From assembly GCF_001194135.2 (NCBI RefSeq), contig NC_068997.1:22314635-22371607 (forward strand): a stretch of 56,973 nt of DNA. The letters run 5' to 3'. The stretch's first letter is position 1. Each line of letters starts with the position of its first letter. The stretch is from Octopus bimaculoides (lineage: Eukaryota). The translations under genes were made by a program, and so were the position numbers. The notes under the pieces were generated by a model. It saw nothing but the letters and a program-made list of their open reading frames with translations, was not told the origin of the DNA and did not search any database. This document shows positions 53,566-56,973 of this stretch, piece by piece.

Positions 53566-54269
53566 AAAACTCATTTCTTTTCTTCAGACTATTGGTGTCT
53601 TGAGTCAGAAATCTCAGTTTTTTCCCTTTCTGAAGCCCCCGTTCCTCTAAGGTTTTGCTTTATCTACAACAGACCAGTTAATTTTAATTTCGTAGGGACT
53701 TGTCTCACGCAACAACCATATAAACTTCAACAAAGCTGTAGCACATTTTCTGTCAAGGCTGACAAATGAATGTTTATGCTTGTAATAACGGTTTTTGATT
53801 GTGAGTTCCGTTGCACCAATATATGTTTTATGTCGATGACTGCTGTTTGATTAATCTTTGCACTATATACTATCGATTTTGCCAGACATCTACCGACTTT
53901 TAGACATTACTTACGAATTCTAAAGTTGCATGATACAAACAGCATGCCAACGAAGCATGATGTTTGCATCTCTAGTCTATTCCGAATCACGGTATTATAA
54001 CTTTTGATATAACACCCGAAATGTTTGCAAGCAGAATAGCTGACCTTAACGCAGTTCCTCTTCGATATCTTTCTAAACTTATGCTCTGGCGGAAAATGGT
54101 GGTTTATTAAATTAAGAAATTCTCTAGCAATATTAATGTTTACTGCTAGGCAAAATACTGGGCTGGATCATAAAATATTCCTTTTCCTATTCATAATCCT
54201 TCGCTATGTATTCCCTATGTATTCATTAATCATATATTAGTATGTACCTTGGTGTCTATGATTGCTCCA

Positions 54270-54455
54270 TAACTGCTTGATAACCGGGTTGGTGTAGTTA
54301 GATCGCCGCAACTTAGCGGTTCGACAAAACAAAGTAGTAGAATAAGTGCTAGGCTTTAAAATAGAAATTACTAGTATCAATACGTTCGACTAAAGTTTAT
54401 CAAGGTGTTGCTCCAGCATGGCAACAGTCTCATGACTGAAACAAGTAAAAAATAA
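54270..54455 (+). mobile_element. SINE family B, 3' module only
   Basis: aacttagcggttcgacaaaa..agaataag..gttcgactaaa..gtgttgctccagcatggc..gactgaaacaagtaaaa. Confidence 0.8.
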
Positions 54456-55879
54456 TAAGATAGAATTGAAGAGATAGGGAGAGAGAGAGAGAGGCAGACA
54501 CACACGGATCACAGATGTGCCACTTTGGCAAAAAGCTTTCAACTTCACTGATTTTGTTGGTTTAAGTTGTAGGGATTTCTTTGAAAGTTTCTATTTTTAT
54601 ACAAGAACTGCTGTTGTCTTTGTTTATGTTGATGGTTGCTTATTTTTTTTTTTTTTTTTTTTTTNNNNNNNNNNNNNNNNNNNNNNNNNNNNNNNNNNNN
54701 NNNNNNNNNNNNNNNNNNNNNNNNNNNNNNNNNNNNNNNNNNNNNNNNNNNNNNNNNNNNNNNNNNNNNNNNNNNNNNNNNNNNNNNNNNNNNNNNNNNN
54801 NNNNNNNNNNNNNNNNNNNNNNNNNNNNNNNNNNNNNNNNNNNNNNNNNNNNNNNNNNNNNNNNNNNNNNNNNNNNNNNNNNNNNNNNNNNNNNNNNNNN
54901 NNNNNNNNNNNNNNNNNNNNNNNNNNNNNNNNNNNNNNNNNNNNNNNNNNNNNNNNNNNNNNNNNNNNNNNNNNNNNNNNNNNNNNNNNNNNNNNNNNNN
55001 NNNNNNNNNNNNNNNNNNNNNNNNNNNNNNNNNNNNNNNNNNNNNNNNNNNNNNNNNNNNNNNNNNNNNNNNNNNNNNNNNNNNNNNNNNNNNNNNNNNN
55101 NNNNNNNNNNNNNNNNNNNNNNNNNNNNNNNNNNNNNNNNNNNNNNNNNNNNNNNNNNNNNNNNNNNNNNNNNNNNNNNNNNNNNNNNNNNNNNNNNNNN
55201 NNNNNNNNNNNNNNNNNNNNNNNNNNNNNNNNNNNNNNNNNNNNNNNNNNNNNNNNNNNNNNNNNNNNNNNNNNNNNNNNNNNNNNNNNNNNNNNNNNNN
55301 NNNNNNNNNNNNNNNNNNNNNNNNNNNNNNNNNNNNNNNNNNNNNNNNNNNNNNNNNNNNNNNNNNNNNNNNNNNNNNNNNNNNNNNNNNNNNNNNNNNN
55401 NNNNNNNNNNNNNNNNNNNNNNNNNNNNNNNNNNNNNNNNNNNNNNNNNNNNNNNNNNNNNNNNNNNNNNNNNNNNNNNNNNNNNNNNNNNNNNNNNNNN
55501 NNNNNNNNNNNNNNNNNNNNNNNNNNNNNNNNNNNNNNNNNNNNNNNNNNNNNNNNNNNNNNNNNNNNNNNNNNNNNNNNNNAGTAGCCACTTGTATATG
55601 GACTTTCTTGATTACGGAGCGTTAAGGTTAATGTTTAAAGAAGATTGCAGTCTCTCGTGGCGGCTCGTTGGCTGAATAACCAGTTATATGTTTCAAGTCT
55701 TGCCGACGGCATACCGTTTGATAGGGTCCTTTCAAAAATATTTTATATGGCCCCTGCAATAAAATGTCCGTGGACGACAATTGACAGACCGTGGGTGTGG
55801 TGTGCGCCTTGTGTACAGAAGTCATCTGACGCCTGATAACATGGTCATAAAGACTGAGATATGTCACACCATGTGTGTC

Positions 55880-56620
55880 AACTGAAGAGGCAGAAGTAGG
55901 AGGAAGGGGAGTGAGAGAGGGTGAGTGAAGGTGGTGGTAGAGAGAAAGAGAGTGAACGAGAGAAAGGGAAAGAACTGTGTGTGTGTGTGTAAGGAGGGGT
56001 GGTGAGAGAGCAGGAAAGAGGTCGTTGAATGGGAGCGATGGTATGGGATGTGGTTTGTATGTGTATTTAGAGAGAGGGGGAGAGATAGTGAGAGAGAGAA
56101 GAGAGAATGAGAGAGGGAGAGAGGGAAAGAGAGGGTGAAGGAGAGAGAAATGAGAGAGAGTAAGAGAGAAATGAGAGAGTAAGAGAGAAATAGAGACAGA
56201 GATAGAAGACAAGAAGATAAAGGGAGAATAAAAAGAGAGAGGGGGTAAACAGATAGTGAGGGAGACGGAGATAGAGAAAGACAAAAGTGGGGATACTGAA
56301 AGATAGAGAGATTTATATAGAAAGAGAGAAGATACTAAACGAAATTGGAAGACCGAAAAAGATGGACAGAGAGACAGAGAAAGAGAGAGGGAGCGAAAAA
56401 TAGAGGGAGAGTAAGAGCGGGAGGGAGACAGACAAACGTGTGAAAGAGAGGAATTATGAGAAAGGGAGATAATAAAGGAAGAGAGAAAGATAGAGAAAGT
56501 CAGAGACGGAAGTATTGGTAAAAAGAAGAAAGAGGAAAAGGCAGAGTAAAATGATAGCAAAACTAGAGGGAGTGATACCAGAAAGAAAGAAGAATTGGGT
56601 GTTAGATGTTATTCAATATG
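55880..56620. repeat. GA-rich low-complexity tract (purine-rich plus strand)
   Basis: About 740 bp dominated by G and A, including a 19-bp tandem unit (gagagaaatgagagagtaa) near 56143-56190. Confidence 0.85.
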
Positions 56621-56632
56621 AATGAAGAGAAA

Positions 56633-56973
56633 ACGTCGGCGAACTGGCAGAAACGTTAATACGCCGGACAAAATGCTTAGTGGCATTTGGTCCGTCATTA
56701 CGTTCTGTGTTCACACGTCGCCGAATTCGACTTTGCCTTTCATCCTTTCGGGGGGTTGATAAAATAAGTACTAGTTGATCACTGAGGTCGATATAATCTA
56801 CTTACTCACTGCCCCGAAACTGCAGGTGGATTTGTGCCTAAATTTGAATGGAATATGAATGAACGGACAAAGGCAGTATCGTTACCACGCTGGACAAAAT
56901 GCTTAGCGATATTTCTTCGATTTTACGTTCGAGGTTCAAAAGACATCGAGGTCGAATTTGCCATGAAGGTCGA
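56633..56973 (+). mobile_element. Two tandem SINE family A copies (56633-56850, and 56865 to the window end, partial)
   Basis: ggcgaactggcagaaacgtt..ggacaaaatgcttag..gactttgcctttcatcctttcgggg..gtcgatataatc, then a second ggacaaaatgcttagcg..ggttcaaa..gaggtcga. Confidence 0.85.

Noticed and set aside
55590-55850. Possible RTE-like LINE 3' remnant (RVLSKIFY..KCP..DRPW)
   Set aside because: Only loose motif resemblance, and no RT core is visible because of the upstream gap.

Overview
AT-rich animal DNA that is intergenic or deep-intronic and very rich in microsatellites. It has 16 assembly gaps totalling about 6.1 kb of N (about 11% of the window). The SINE families and repeat landscape resemble an octopus genome, probably a short-read assembly; this is an inference I could not verify by search. 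The only intact gene I can support is one tRNA-Asn(GTT) at 23205-23278. I can support no protein-coding gene, and almost all ORF-track entries are artefacts of microsatellites or N runs. The remainder is decayed mobile DNA: R4/Dong-type (restriction-like endonuclease) LINE remnants at 33.1-35.0 kb and 41.7-44.1 kb, a CR1-type LINE 3' fragment, two mariner transposase fragments, and many copies of four tRNA-derived SINE families (my labels A-D). I found no evidence for a new biological system. The most notable local structures are a rearranged two-subfamily R4 composite, a perfect fold-back hairpin made from an already decayed SINE, a GCCAAA motif array with an exact 14-bp period, and closely spaced inverted SINE pairs. 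Mobile-element boundaries are approximate unless a TSD or junction is given.
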